Assembly: GCA_030040895.1 (NCBI GenBank)
Contig: JASHSJ010000013.1
Coordinates: 57,414-121,413 of the forward strand
Length of the DNA stretch: 64,000 nt
Source of the DNA: Candidatus Micrarchaeota archaeon
Lineage (GTDB): Archaea; Micrarchaeota; Micrarchaeia; Micrarchaeales; Micrarchaeaceae
Direction: 5' to 3'
Both the position numbers and the translations under genes were made by a program. Positions 44,932-53,106 of the stretch are shown here, piece after piece. The notes beneath the pieces were generated by a model that was not told the DNA's origin, ran no database searches, and worked only from the letters and a program-made list of their open reading frames with translations. Position 1 is the stretch's first letter. Each line of letters opens with the position of its first letter.

Positions 44932-45933
44932 TTGGCAAAGGAGAGCAGGAAAATGAAGAAAAAGGAAGAAAAGAAGCTCATCAACACTACACCCCTATAC
45001 GTCCTGCTGGTCGCCTTGTTCATAGCATATTTCGCGTTCCAGGGATACGGGTCGCTATCGCTCATAATAGGATCAACGCTGTTCTTCGTAATAATAGCTA
45101 CGATAGCGCTGGAGATAGCAAATGGCATAAAAGAGGATGGGATAACGAAGAACATAATAGAAATAGTGCTCGCTGTTGCTGTCGTGCTAGGTTTATGGTA
45201 TGGGCTCAGATTCCTTCTGCACACAAGCAATCCGCTAGATGTGGTTCCAAGCTGCAGTATGCTGCCAGTGTTGCAAAGGGGTGATATGATACTGGTACAG
45301 GGGGCTAACCAGGTGTCGATAAAGGCGCCAATCGTCAACATAACAGAAGATGAGTTCAATGAATCATTCTCTTCTACCGGCACGGAGGCGTTGCAGTGTG
45401 TGGCTTACAACAAAACACAGACTTCCATACACATTTCGCAGGTAGCAGAACCAGGATATGACATAGGGCTGCTCAGGACCAGCAATGGGACATCAGCAAT
45501 AATCCCGGCGAGCGCCCAGACTGGAGTAGTCAAATTCATATGCGGCACAGTTCCAGTTACATTCACAAACGGCACTGTTGTCGAGGAGGCGGCCACTGTC
45601 GGCATAGGAATAGGCAACAGGACGATATATGGAGACAAGAACAACAGCATAGTGGTATATCAGACTGAGCCACAAGATCTATTCTATCAGGAAGGAGATT
45701 CTTACATAGTCCACAGGGCGTATGCGATCCTGAACGCCAGCGGAAGTTACTACACCCTTACAAAGGGCGACAACAATCCTGGCCTCGACCTACAATACTA
45801 CAACAGCCCAGCCTCAATGGCAGATGTGCAGGGCACTGTCATAGCAAGCGTTCCTTATCTTGGATACCTTAAGCTTGTTCTTAGTAACAACTTCGTCGAG
45901 CCAACTGGATGCAACTACACTACCGGCAGCTGA
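44932..45933 (+). CDS. signal peptidase I (archaeal/Sec11-type) with a large sequon-rich insertion
   Basis: TTG start at 44932 or ATG at 44953. TM helices are followed by SCSMLPVLQRGDMILV (catalytic Ser box), HRAYAI (His box) and TKGDNNPGLD. About 150 aa lie between the boxes. Confidence 0.75.
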   Translation: MAKESRKMKKKEEKKLINTTPLYVLLVALFIAYFAFQGYGSLSLIIGSTLFFVIIATIALEIANGIKEDGITKNIIEIVLAVAVVLGLWYGLRFLLHTSNPLDVVPSCSMLPVLQRGDMILVQGANQVSIKAPIVNITEDEFNESFSSTGTEALQCVAYNKTQTSIHISQVAEPGYDIGLLRTSNGTSAIIPASAQTGVVKFICGTVPVTFTNGTVVEEAATVGIGIGNRTIYGDKNNSIVVYQTEPQDLFYQEGDSYIVHRAYAILNASGSYYTLTKGDNNPGLDLQYYNSPASMADVQGTVIASVPYLGYLKLVLSNNFVEPTGCNYTTGS

Positions 45934-46050
45934 CCTATTCCACTATTCATTTCTAGCCATCGAAATGATTATATATGCTTTTACGATAAATAATCTTGAG
46001 TCTTCTCTCGAAAGAGAGTCGTCTACTCCTCAGGCAATTCGTTGATCTGA

Positions 46051-46341
46051 ATGGCAGATTTGTCCAATGATATACGATTAGCAGTTGACAGCGGTAGAGT
46101 AGCCCTTGGACTAAAGAAGGTGGAAGGCTCTATAAAGGACAACAGCGCAAAGCTGGTCATACTCGCCTCGATAAATAAGAAGGAAATAACGCAGGATATA
46201 ATGCACATGGCAAAGGTAGCAGGGATAAAGACGGCTACATATGAGGGGGATTCGATGCAATTGGGCGCCATATGCGGAAAGCCGTATTCTGTGGCAGTCC
46301 TCTCGGTTATAGAACAAGGGAACTCAAAGATACTTGAATGA
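46051..46341 (+). CDS. rpl30e: 50S ribosomal protein L30e (eL30)
   Basis: 96 aa: DIRLAVDSGRVALGLKKVEGSIKDNSAKLVILAS...GAICGKPYSVAVLSV. Confidence 0.9.
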   Translation: MADLSNDIRLAVDSGRVALGLKKVEGSIKDNSAKLVILASINKKEITQDIMHMAKVAGIKTATYEGDSMQLGAICGKPYSVAVLSVIEQGNSKILE

Positions 46342-46348
46342 TGATATA

Positions 46349-46777
46349 ATGCCAAACGGAGAATTCGCCGCAAGAAAGCTTCTAAAACAGAGAAGGCATC
46401 AGCGAATGCTGAAGAAATGGCTGAAGAGAAGGAAACTCAAGCTAAAGCAGAAGTACGATCCAATGGGCACTGTTCCAATGGCAAAAGGCCTAGTGCTCCA
46501 GAAGTTTGCACTCGAGCAGAAACAGCCTAATTCTGGTATGATAAAGTGCGTAAGAGTGCAACTCATCAAGAACCACAAGGTGGTGGGCGCGTTCGTGCCA
46601 AAAGACGGATCAATCAACTTCATAGACGAGCACGACGAGGTAACAATTGCGGGATTGGGAGGATCGCAGAGAGGGCAGATGGGATGTATTCCAGGCATGA
46701 AATACAAGGTAGTCGCAATAAATGGAACGGATCTTGAACAGATAAGGACTGGCAAGAAGGAGAAGCCAAAGAGATGA
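46349..46777 (+). CDS. rps12: 30S ribosomal protein S12 (uS12)
   Basis: ATG 46349 lies 7 nt after the L30e stop. Motifs QKQPNSGMIKCVRVQLIKN, VTIAGLGGSQRGQMGCIPGMKYKVV. Confidence 0.93.
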   Translation: MPNGEFAARKLLKQRRHQRMLKKWLKRRKLKLKQKYDPMGTVPMAKGLVLQKFALEQKQPNSGMIKCVRVQLIKNHKVVGAFVPKDGSINFIDEHDEVTIAGLGGSQRGQMGCIPGMKYKVVAINGTDLEQIRTGKKEKPKR

Positions 46778-46781
46778 TGAT

Positions 46782-47504
46782 ATGCCAGAGGAAATGCAAC
46801 AGGCAGGAGCAGAAGCCAAACAGGCAGAACCAGCCCCAAAGAAGGAAAGGAAGCCAAGGGTCAAAAAAGCCCCCCAAATGGCTGAACAGACAGTATCATC
46901 TGCAAGCCCTCTACTTTTTGACAAATACGACTTCAATGTTGAGATTAGGGATCCAAGCCTCAAGAATTATGTTAACCTGAGGCCCATATCATATCCTTCA
47001 ACTTTCAGGAGGGACAGCCAGAAGAGGCTATCCAAGGCGAATCTCACCATAGTGGAAAGGCTTGCAAATGACCTGATGAGGGGCGGAACAGGCGGAAAGG
47101 TGAGCGGAAAAGTGATAAGAACAAAGGGAAGGATGCAGGGAAAGAAGGCCAAGGCAATCAAGATAATCGAAGACGCATTCGCGATCGTGCACAAGCAGAC
47201 AGGAAAGAATCCATTACAGATACTGGTGCAGGCACTGGAATACAGCGCACCAATCGAAGATACAACTAGGGTAAGATACGGGGGCATAATATCCAACATA
47301 GCGGTCGATGTCAGTGCAAGCAGAAGGCTTGACATAGCGATCAGGAACATAGCAATGGCCGCTGTAATAGGGGGCTTTGATGGAAAGAGGACTATAACAG
47401 ATACGCTCGCAAACGAGCTGGTATTGGCATCGAAGAATGATGTCAACAGCTATGCAATAAAGCGCAAGAACGAGATAGAGAGAATGGCAAGGAGCGCCAA
47501 GTGA
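46782..47504 (+). CDS. rps7: 30S ribosomal protein S7 (uS7) with A/K/P-rich N-terminal extension
   Basis: 240 aa. Core LLFDKYDF...VERLANDLMRGG...NPLQILVQALEYSAPIEDTTRVRYGG. About 40 aa of low-complexity N-terminus. The start is 4 nt after the S12 stop. Confidence 0.92.
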   Translation: MPEEMQQAGAEAKQAEPAPKKERKPRVKKAPQMAEQTVSSASPLLFDKYDFNVEIRDPSLKNYVNLRPISYPSTFRRDSQKRLSKANLTIVERLANDLMRGGTGGKVSGKVIRTKGRMQGKKAKAIKIIEDAFAIVHKQTGKNPLQILVQALEYSAPIEDTTRVRYGGIISNIAVDVSASRRLDIAIRNIAMAAVIGGFDGKRTITDTLANELVLASKNDVNSYAIKRKNEIERMARSAK

Positions 47505-47508
47505 TCCT

Positions 47509-49701
47509 ATGGTGAGGAAGGAATTCGTAGTTGAAGAAATAACCAAGCTTATGGGAGATCTTGATAGGATCAGGAACATCGCGATAATAGCCCACGTCCA
47601 TCATGGAAAGACAACTCTCACTGACTCGTTGCTGGCAAAGGCGGGCCTTATCTCAAAGCAGGTAGCTGGAGACGTCCTGTACACAAATTACGAGGCAATA
47701 GAAAAGGACAGAAGGATGACGATAAAATCAGCAGCAATATCACTGGGATTCAACTACAAGGACAAGGACTATATCATAAACCTAATAGACACGCCAGGTC
47801 ACGTCGACTTCGGAGGTCATGTTACAAGATCCATGAGAGCAGTCGACGGAGTAGTCCTGGTTGTAGATCCAGTAGAAGGAATCATGCCACAGACTGAAAC
47901 TGTGCTAAGGCAGTCAATGAAGGAAAAGGCAAAACCAGTGCTTTTTGTAAACAAAACGGACAGGCTCCTCAATGAGCTGAGACTCACTCCAGAACAGACG
48001 ATGGAGAGACTACTTAAATTGATAAATGACGTTAACAAGCTAATAGAGCAATATGCTCCAGAAGAATACGCCGAATCGTGGAAAGTTAGTGTGGAGAAGG
48101 GCAGTGTTGCATTTGGATCCGCAGCGGACAGATGGGCAATATCAAAAACCAGCATGGAAAAGAGCAAGATAAGCTTCAAGCATATATTCGAGCTCACTAT
48201 GCAAGGCAAGCAGAAGGAACTACAAGATATAGCGCCAGTAGAAGATGCAGTGCTGCCTATGATCATAGATCATCTGCCAAACCCAAAGGATTCACAACCA
48301 TATAGAATACCTCATCTTTGGCACGGTGACCTGCAGAGTGAAGCAGGGAAGGCAATGCTTGCGGTAGATGCGAAGGCAAAGACAAATGGCATAATATTTG
48401 GAATAACTTATGATCAACACAGCGGAGAGGTAGCTATAGCAAGAATATTCTCTGGAGTTGTCAAGAAAGGACTCGAGCTCAATCTTTCAGGCAAGGCAAA
48501 CAAGCAGAGGATACAGCAAGTAGGGGTGTTCATGGCAGCTGACAGGGTAATAGTCGATGCAATACCAGCTGGAAATCTTGCGGCACTCATTGGCATGAAA
48601 GACGCTAGCGTCGGAGACACGATAAGCGAAGAGGTAATCGAGCCATTCGAACAGATAGTCCACTACTCAAAGCCAGTGGTTACAAAGGCCATAGAGGCAA
48701 AGGACACGAGAGACACAATAAAGCTGATAGAGGCTCTTAGAGAATTGTCAAAGGAAGACCCAACAATCGTTGTCAGGATAGACCAGGATACCGGAGAACA
48801 CCTTGTCAGCGGCATGGGCGAGCTTCATCTTGAGATCATAGAGACAAAGCTGAGAGACGAATTCAAGATCCAGATCATATCAAGCCCGCCAATTGTGGTA
48901 TACCAGGAGACTATAGAGAAGAAGGCTGGTCCGATAGAAGGAAAGTCGCCGAACAAGCACTCAAAGTTCTACGTTACCGTGGAGCCATTGCCCCAGTCCG
49001 TGATGACGGCGTTTGATGAAGGAACGATAAGAGAGGGCAAGCCAAAAGGACAGACAGCGATAGAGGCACTGATCAAGGCAGGATTGGACAGACCAGTAGC
49101 AAAGTCAGTTGTTGATGTTTCAAACAGGTGCATACTAGCCGACGCAACGAAAGGAGTTCAATACATGAACGAAGTCATGGAGCTTCTGATAGATGGATTT
49201 GAAGAGGCAGTGAGGGACGGACCTCTTGCAAAGGAGAAGTGCGGTGGCCTGCTTGTAAGCATAATCGATGCAACGATACACGAAGACCCGGTCCACAGGG
49301 GACCAGCACAGATAATACCAGCAATAAGGGGTGCAACATACGCCGGAATACTTACGGCTGGAGATGTTCTGCTGGAACCTAAGCAGAACTTCACAATAAA
49401 CATTCCAGCTGAATACATGTCAAACATAATAAACTTCGTTCAAAGCAGGAGAGGACAGGTTGGCACTATAACTCAGGACAGGGAACAGGTCTCAATTGTG
49501 GCAAAGATGCCAGTTGCGGAAACGCTAAAAGGATTTTCGAACGACCTCAGAGGTGAAACGCAGGGCAGGGCAATATGGTACCAGGAGTTTGCCGGATACG
49601 AGAAGATGCCAACAGATCTCCAGAACAAGGTTGTCAGAGAAATAAGAAAGAGAAAGGGCCTGCCTGAGGAGCCGCCCACCCCAGATTTCTTCCTTGCCTA
49701 G
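47509..49701 (+). CDS. fusA: translation elongation factor aEF-2
   Basis: 730 aa. G-domain AHVHHGKTTL, DTPGHVDF and NKTDR. Domain IV region HEDPVHRGPAQ (diphthamide His context). Confidence 0.96.
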   Translation: MVRKEFVVEEITKLMGDLDRIRNIAIIAHVHHGKTTLTDSLLAKAGLISKQVAGDVLYTNYEAIEKDRRMTIKSAAISLGFNYKDKDYIINLIDTPGHVDFGGHVTRSMRAVDGVVLVVDPVEGIMPQTETVLRQSMKEKAKPVLFVNKTDRLLNELRLTPEQTMERLLKLINDVNKLIEQYAPEEYAESWKVSVEKGSVAFGSAADRWAISKTSMEKSKISFKHIFELTMQGKQKELQDIAPVEDAVLPMIIDHLPNPKDSQPYRIPHLWHGDLQSEAGKAMLAVDAKAKTNGIIFGITYDQHSGEVAIARIFSGVVKKGLELNLSGKANKQRIQQVGVFMAADRVIVDAIPAGNLAALIGMKDASVGDTISEEVIEPFEQIVHYSKPVVTKAIEAKDTRDTIKLIEALRELSKEDPTIVVRIDQDTGEHLVSGMGELHLEIIETKLRDEFKIQIISSPPIVVYQETIEKKAGPIEGKSPNKHSKFYVTVEPLPQSVMTAFDEGTIREGKPKGQTAIEALIKAGLDRPVAKSVVDVSNRCILADATKGVQYMNEVMELLIDGFEEAVRDGPLAKEKCGGLLVSIIDATIHEDPVHRGPAQIIPAIRGATYAGILTAGDVLLEPKQNFTINIPAEYMSNIINFVQSRRGQVGTITQDREQVSIVAKMPVAETLKGFSNDLRGETQGRAIWYQEFAGYEKMPTDLQNKVVREIRKRKGLPEEPPTPDFFLA

Positions 49702-49745
49702 TTACATATAAATATCTGAACAGGCTCATTGCTCGGGGAGATATA

Positions 49746-50306
49746 ATGCAAGCACCACAAGCAACAGCACCTCGTTTGCAAATGAAACCGGAAGAATTAG
49801 CAGCAGCAAAGGAAATAATAGTAAATGCAAGATTGCACGTAGCAGATAACCAGAACGAATTCTTGGGCAGAATGTCAAGTCTTGGTAGGGTGCCAGTATC
49901 GGGTCCAGATTTAGCCACACATGTTGATAGGACACAGAAGATCGTAGATGAAGCTCATTCCCAACTTAGAGTTAAAAACACAGACAGGCTTGCTAAGGCA
50001 GCAAGTCAGCTTGCAAGCACTCCTATTTTTGCAAAAATAGATCCCCAAAACCTAGCATTGGATGATACTCCAGCAGGTAGAAGGACATGGTTCGTCATTT
50101 CCATCTATGAAAGAGGGTATCTAGGTGGTACAAACAGCGAAGAAGCAAGAGTTATCGGCAAGGATCTTACAGAAATAGGCATTGTCAAGCCACCTGAAAA
50201 CGGATTCTACGAGTTAACAGAATTAGGTCAACATCTTTCAAGGGAGTTGCGTCCACAGGAAGATATTAATCGTGTAACGAGGACTTGGGTAAGAACAAGA
50301 GGTTGA
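49746..50306 (+). CDS. hypothetical protein (possible C-terminal winged helix)
   Basis: 186-aa ORF with ATG start and no competing ORF. The C-terminus ...EEARVIGKDLTEIGIVKPPENGFYELTELG looks wH-like. Confidence 0.55.
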   Translation: MQAPQATAPRLQMKPEELAAAKEIIVNARLHVADNQNEFLGRMSSLGRVPVSGPDLATHVDRTQKIVDEAHSQLRVKNTDRLAKAASQLASTPIFAKIDPQNLALDDTPAGRRTWFVISIYERGYLGGTNSEEARVIGKDLTEIGIVKPPENGFYELTELGQHLSRELRPQEDINRVTRTWVRTRG

Positions 50307-50322
50307 ACTCTTTAGTGACACA

Positions 50323-50871
50323 ATGCTAAAAAGAATCTCAACATGGGGCGAAACACAACACCTTGTTGATATCCTTAGAAGAATAGAAGACATAGTTCTT
50401 CAAGAACCAGGAAAACAATATGACCTGGTTAGAGGCGGAAAATCTGATTTTTACGTGGATATAAAGAAAGCATATGGGAATCCACTTGTAAGGCGAGATA
50501 TAGCACAGGCGGTAGCCAGGCACATAGATCACAATACAAGCTTTGTAGCCGTAGCTGGTTATGGTGGCTTGCCGTTAGGCAGTGAGATATCTAGTTACAG
50601 GATGCTCAGTCTGACAATGGTAAGGGATGAACCAAAAGACCATGGAAAAGAAGGTATGATAGACGGTTATGTACCAAAACCAGGAGAGCGCGGAGTAGTG
50701 GTAGATGACGTCGTGACTTCGGGAGGAGGTATACGCAAGGTCAGGAGTGTCATAGCAGCAACAGGTGCCGTAATCACAGCTAATATCGCAGTTGTCAATA
50801 GAGGAGATCCTACACTAGAATTTGATGTAGGTTATTTGCTTAGGCCAGAGGATATAAGAGCAACCCAATAA
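50323..50871 (+). CDS. pyrE: orotate phosphoribosyltransferase-like (type I PRTase)
   Basis: 182 aa. GGKSDFYVDIKK, VAGYGGLPLG and the PRPP loop GVVVDDVVTSGGG. The size fits archaeal PyrE. Confidence 0.7.
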   Translation: MLKRISTWGETQHLVDILRRIEDIVLQEPGKQYDLVRGGKSDFYVDIKKAYGNPLVRRDIAQAVARHIDHNTSFVAVAGYGGLPLGSEISSYRMLSLTMVRDEPKDHGKEGMIDGYVPKPGERGVVVDDVVTSGGGIRKVRSVIAATGAVITANIAVVNRGDPTLEFDVGYLLRPEDIRATQ

Positions 50872-50988
50872 TCTATAATTCAGTCCAGAAATGCCACAAA
50901 TCAGTAACCTCAAAAACCTTTAAATAGCTTAAAACCAGAGCATTTGTACTAAGTCCTTATTGTATCGGAGCAAACCGCCCGATTAATA

Positions 50989-51009
50989 CCGGATGAAGAA
51001 AACCGACGG
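50989..51009 (+). promoter_or_regulatory. K-turn/K-loop-like RNA element in the L7Ae 5' leader
   Basis: CCG-GAT-GAAG-AAAA-CCGA-CGG. C-stem CCG/CGG, 3-nt bulge GAT, tandem G.A/A.G, then A.C and G-C. AUGAAGA matches box C (RUGAUGA) at 6/7 and CCGA matches box D (CUGA) at 3/4. It ends 7 nt before ATG 51017. Confidence 0.5.
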
Positions 51010-51016
51010 TGTTTTT

Positions 51017-51487
51017 ATGGCAAAAGCATATGTGAGTTTCCAGGTGTCACCAGAAGTGGCGACTAAGACGTACGAGGCTTTGCAGCTAGCAAAGCAGTCA
51101 GGGACAGTAAGAAAGGGAGCAAATGAAGTTACCAAGAGCGTAGAAAGGGGCCTGGCTTCATTTGTTGTCATAGCAGAAGATGTAGAACCAGAGGAAGTGG
51201 TAATACACATACCAAAGCTATGCGAGCAGAAGAAGATAACCTTCACTTTTGTCCCTAGCAAGATAGAGCTAGGCAAGTCAATCGGCATGAGCATCCCCTG
51301 CGCCGCAGTCGCAGTTGAGGGACAGGGACAGGCAACAGGCGCCATAAGAGAAGTGGTGGCTAAGGTCACTGGAAATGCTCCAAAGGAGCAGAAGCAAGCG
51401 CCATCTGGCGCATCAAAAGCTCCATCAGCGCCTAAGCCAGCTCCAAAGCCAAAGGCCCCAGCGCCACAAGCAGCCCCAAAGGCATAA
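51017..51487 (+). CDS. rpl7ae: 50S ribosomal protein L7Ae with A/P/K-rich C-terminal tail
   Basis: MAKAYVSFQVSPE...GTVRKGANEVTKSVERGLASFVVIAEDVEPEEVV. An upstream in-frame ATG at 50993 lies inside the K-turn-like element. The last ~37 aa are APK-rich low complexity. Confidence 0.92.
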   Translation: MAKAYVSFQVSPEVATKTYEALQLAKQSGTVRKGANEVTKSVERGLASFVVIAEDVEPEEVVIHIPKLCEQKKITFTFVPSKIELGKSIGMSIPCAAVAVEGQGQATGAIREVVAKVTGNAPKEQKQAPSGASKAPSAPKPAPKPKAPAPQAAPKA

Positions 51488-51499
51488 TGATTGATTCTC

Positions 51500-51736
51500 A
51501 TGGCAGAAGAGCAGGCACGTCCGGAATTTCCAGGATTTTTGGCAGAGATAGTTGAAATCAATGACGAAGCCAAGACAGGAATATATGGAGAAATATATGT
51601 CGTGTCATGCAAAGTCCTTGAAGGCAAGGATAAGGGCAGGATAATCAGGAGAAACATGCTCGGACCAGCAAAGCCAGGTGACATAATAAGGCTGCCTGAC
51701 ACAAGCAAGGAGGCAAGGGAGATAAGAGTGAAGTGA
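51500..51736 (+). CDS. rps28e: 30S ribosomal protein S28e (eS28)
   Basis: ATG 51500; the ORF opens at TTG 51491. Motifs AEIVEI...GIYGEIYVVSCKVLEGKDKGRIIRRNMLGP...GDIIRL. Confidence 0.9.
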   Translation: MAEEQARPEFPGFLAEIVEINDEAKTGIYGEIYVVSCKVLEGKDKGRIIRRNMLGPAKPGDIIRLPDTSKEAREIRVK

Positions 51737-51743
51737 TGGTTCC

Positions 51744-51926
51744 ATGAAGTGCTCATACTGCAACAGCGAGATAAAGAGGGGACAGGGCCTGATGTATGTG
51801 TACAAGACAGGCAACGCTGCATTCTATTGCTCCAGCAAGTGCTTCAAGAATGATATTGTCATGGGCAGAAGGATAAGCGGAAAGTTAACAAGAAAGGCTC
51901 AAGAAGTTCCGCAGAAGGCGAAGTAA
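51744..51926 (+). CDS. rpl24e: 50S ribosomal protein L24e (eL24)
   Basis: 60 aa: MKCSYCNSEIKRGQGLMYVYKTGNAAFYCSSKCFKN. Confidence 0.9.
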   Translation: MKCSYCNSEIKRGQGLMYVYKTGNAAFYCSSKCFKNDIVMGRRISGKLTRKAQEVPQKAK

Positions 51927-52991
51927 TCACATTATTTCGTCAAGATCTAGCTCTTCCACTTCTTTTATGCGTCTAGATATTCCATTTTCAGTGTATTCTG
52001 GAAAGTCAACTCCACTTATAACAAGCATGACGCGGATCGCATCTTTCTGCATATCTGGCTCTATTCTGGCACCCCACTTCAACATCGCATCACCTCCGAT
52101 TCTGCCAGCCACATCCTGGAATATTGTCTCCGCTTCTCTCAAAGTCAAGCTTTCTCCACCAACTATATTTACAAGTGCTTTCTTTGCGCTTGAAAAGTTT
52201 GCATCAAGCATCGGGCTCTTTATCGCATTTTCCAATGCAACTGTGGCCCTGCTAGCACCATTTCCTGCAGCTACGCCTTCTCCGGAGCCTATTACTGCAT
52301 AGCCAGAATCTTTTAGCACGCTTCTAAGGTCAGCAAAATCAATGTTGACCATACCAGGCTTTGTCACCATCTCAACTATTCCCTTTGCAGCGCCAGCTAG
52401 TACCTCGTCAGAAACTCTGAATGCCATATTGAGTGGAAGATCTGGAGCAACAGATAGAAGTTTGTCATTATGGATTATTATCGTGCAATCTGTTGCTCTT
52501 CTAAGCTTGGAAAGTCCTTCAAGAGCATTCTTCATTCTTGTCTTGCCTTCACTTGAGAACGGAAGAGTTACTATCGCAACAGTTAGCGCACCAGCGTCTC
52601 TTGCTTGTTGCGCTATTGTAGCAACAGACCCAGTTCCAGTGCCTCCTCCAAGTCCGCATGTAACAAATACAAGCTGTGCATCTGAAAGAAGATGTTTTAT
52701 TTCTTCTTTGCTCTCAACTGCCGCTTCTTCTCCTACTCTTATGTCACTCCCAGCCCCAAGTCCTTTTGTGAGCCTCTTTCCAATCAAAAGCTTTCTGTCT
52801 GCCTTTGTTTTTACAAGATGCGGAGCATCAGTATTCATTGCAATAAGCGTCGCGCCCTGAACCCCAATTGACTGCATCCTCGTCATTGTGTTGCTTCCGC
52901 TGCCTCCCGTCCCGACAACATAAATCTTGGGCTTCGCACTTTCAATAAAGCGCAGTATTTCTTCGTCATCTGCGCTTATGTTTCCAGGCAT
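51927..52991 (-). CDS. ftsZ: cell division protein FtsZ
   Basis: 354 aa with GTGGSGSNTM, GLGAGSD and the tubulin signature GLGGGTGTGS. Confidence 0.95.
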   Translation of the reverse strand: MPGNISADDEEILRFIESAKPKIYVVGTGGSGSNTMTRMQSIGVQGATLIAMNTDAPHLVKTKADRKLLIGKRLTKGLGAGSDIRVGEEAAVESKEEIKHLLSDAQLVFVTCGLGGGTGTGSVATIAQQARDAGALTVAIVTLPFSSEGKTRMKNALEGLSKLRRATDCTIIIHNDKLLSVAPDLPLNMAFRVSDEVLAGAAKGIVEMVTKPGMVNIDFADLRSVLKDSGYAVIGSGEGVAAGNGASRATVALENAIKSPMLDANFSSAKKALVNIVGGESLTLREAETIFQDVAGRIGGDAMLKWGARIEPDMQKDAIRVMLVISGVDFPEYTENGISRRIKEVEELDLDEIM

Positions 52992-53106
52992 ACAGACCAG
53001 TCGCTGTTTCTATATACTCATAAAAAGATAAAAAGCTATGCGGAAGACCTCACAACGTCCACCTAACATATTAATAAAACCAACTAACAATTCCTAGGGT
53101 ATTTTC

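Noticed and set aside
50983-51822. 279-aa ORF on the minus strand spanning the L7Ae, S28e and L24e region.
   Set aside because: It is antisense to three unmistakable ribosomal protein genes. Its translation is S/A/C/G/L-rich low complexity with no motif, typical of the reverse frame of K/E/A-rich coding sequence.
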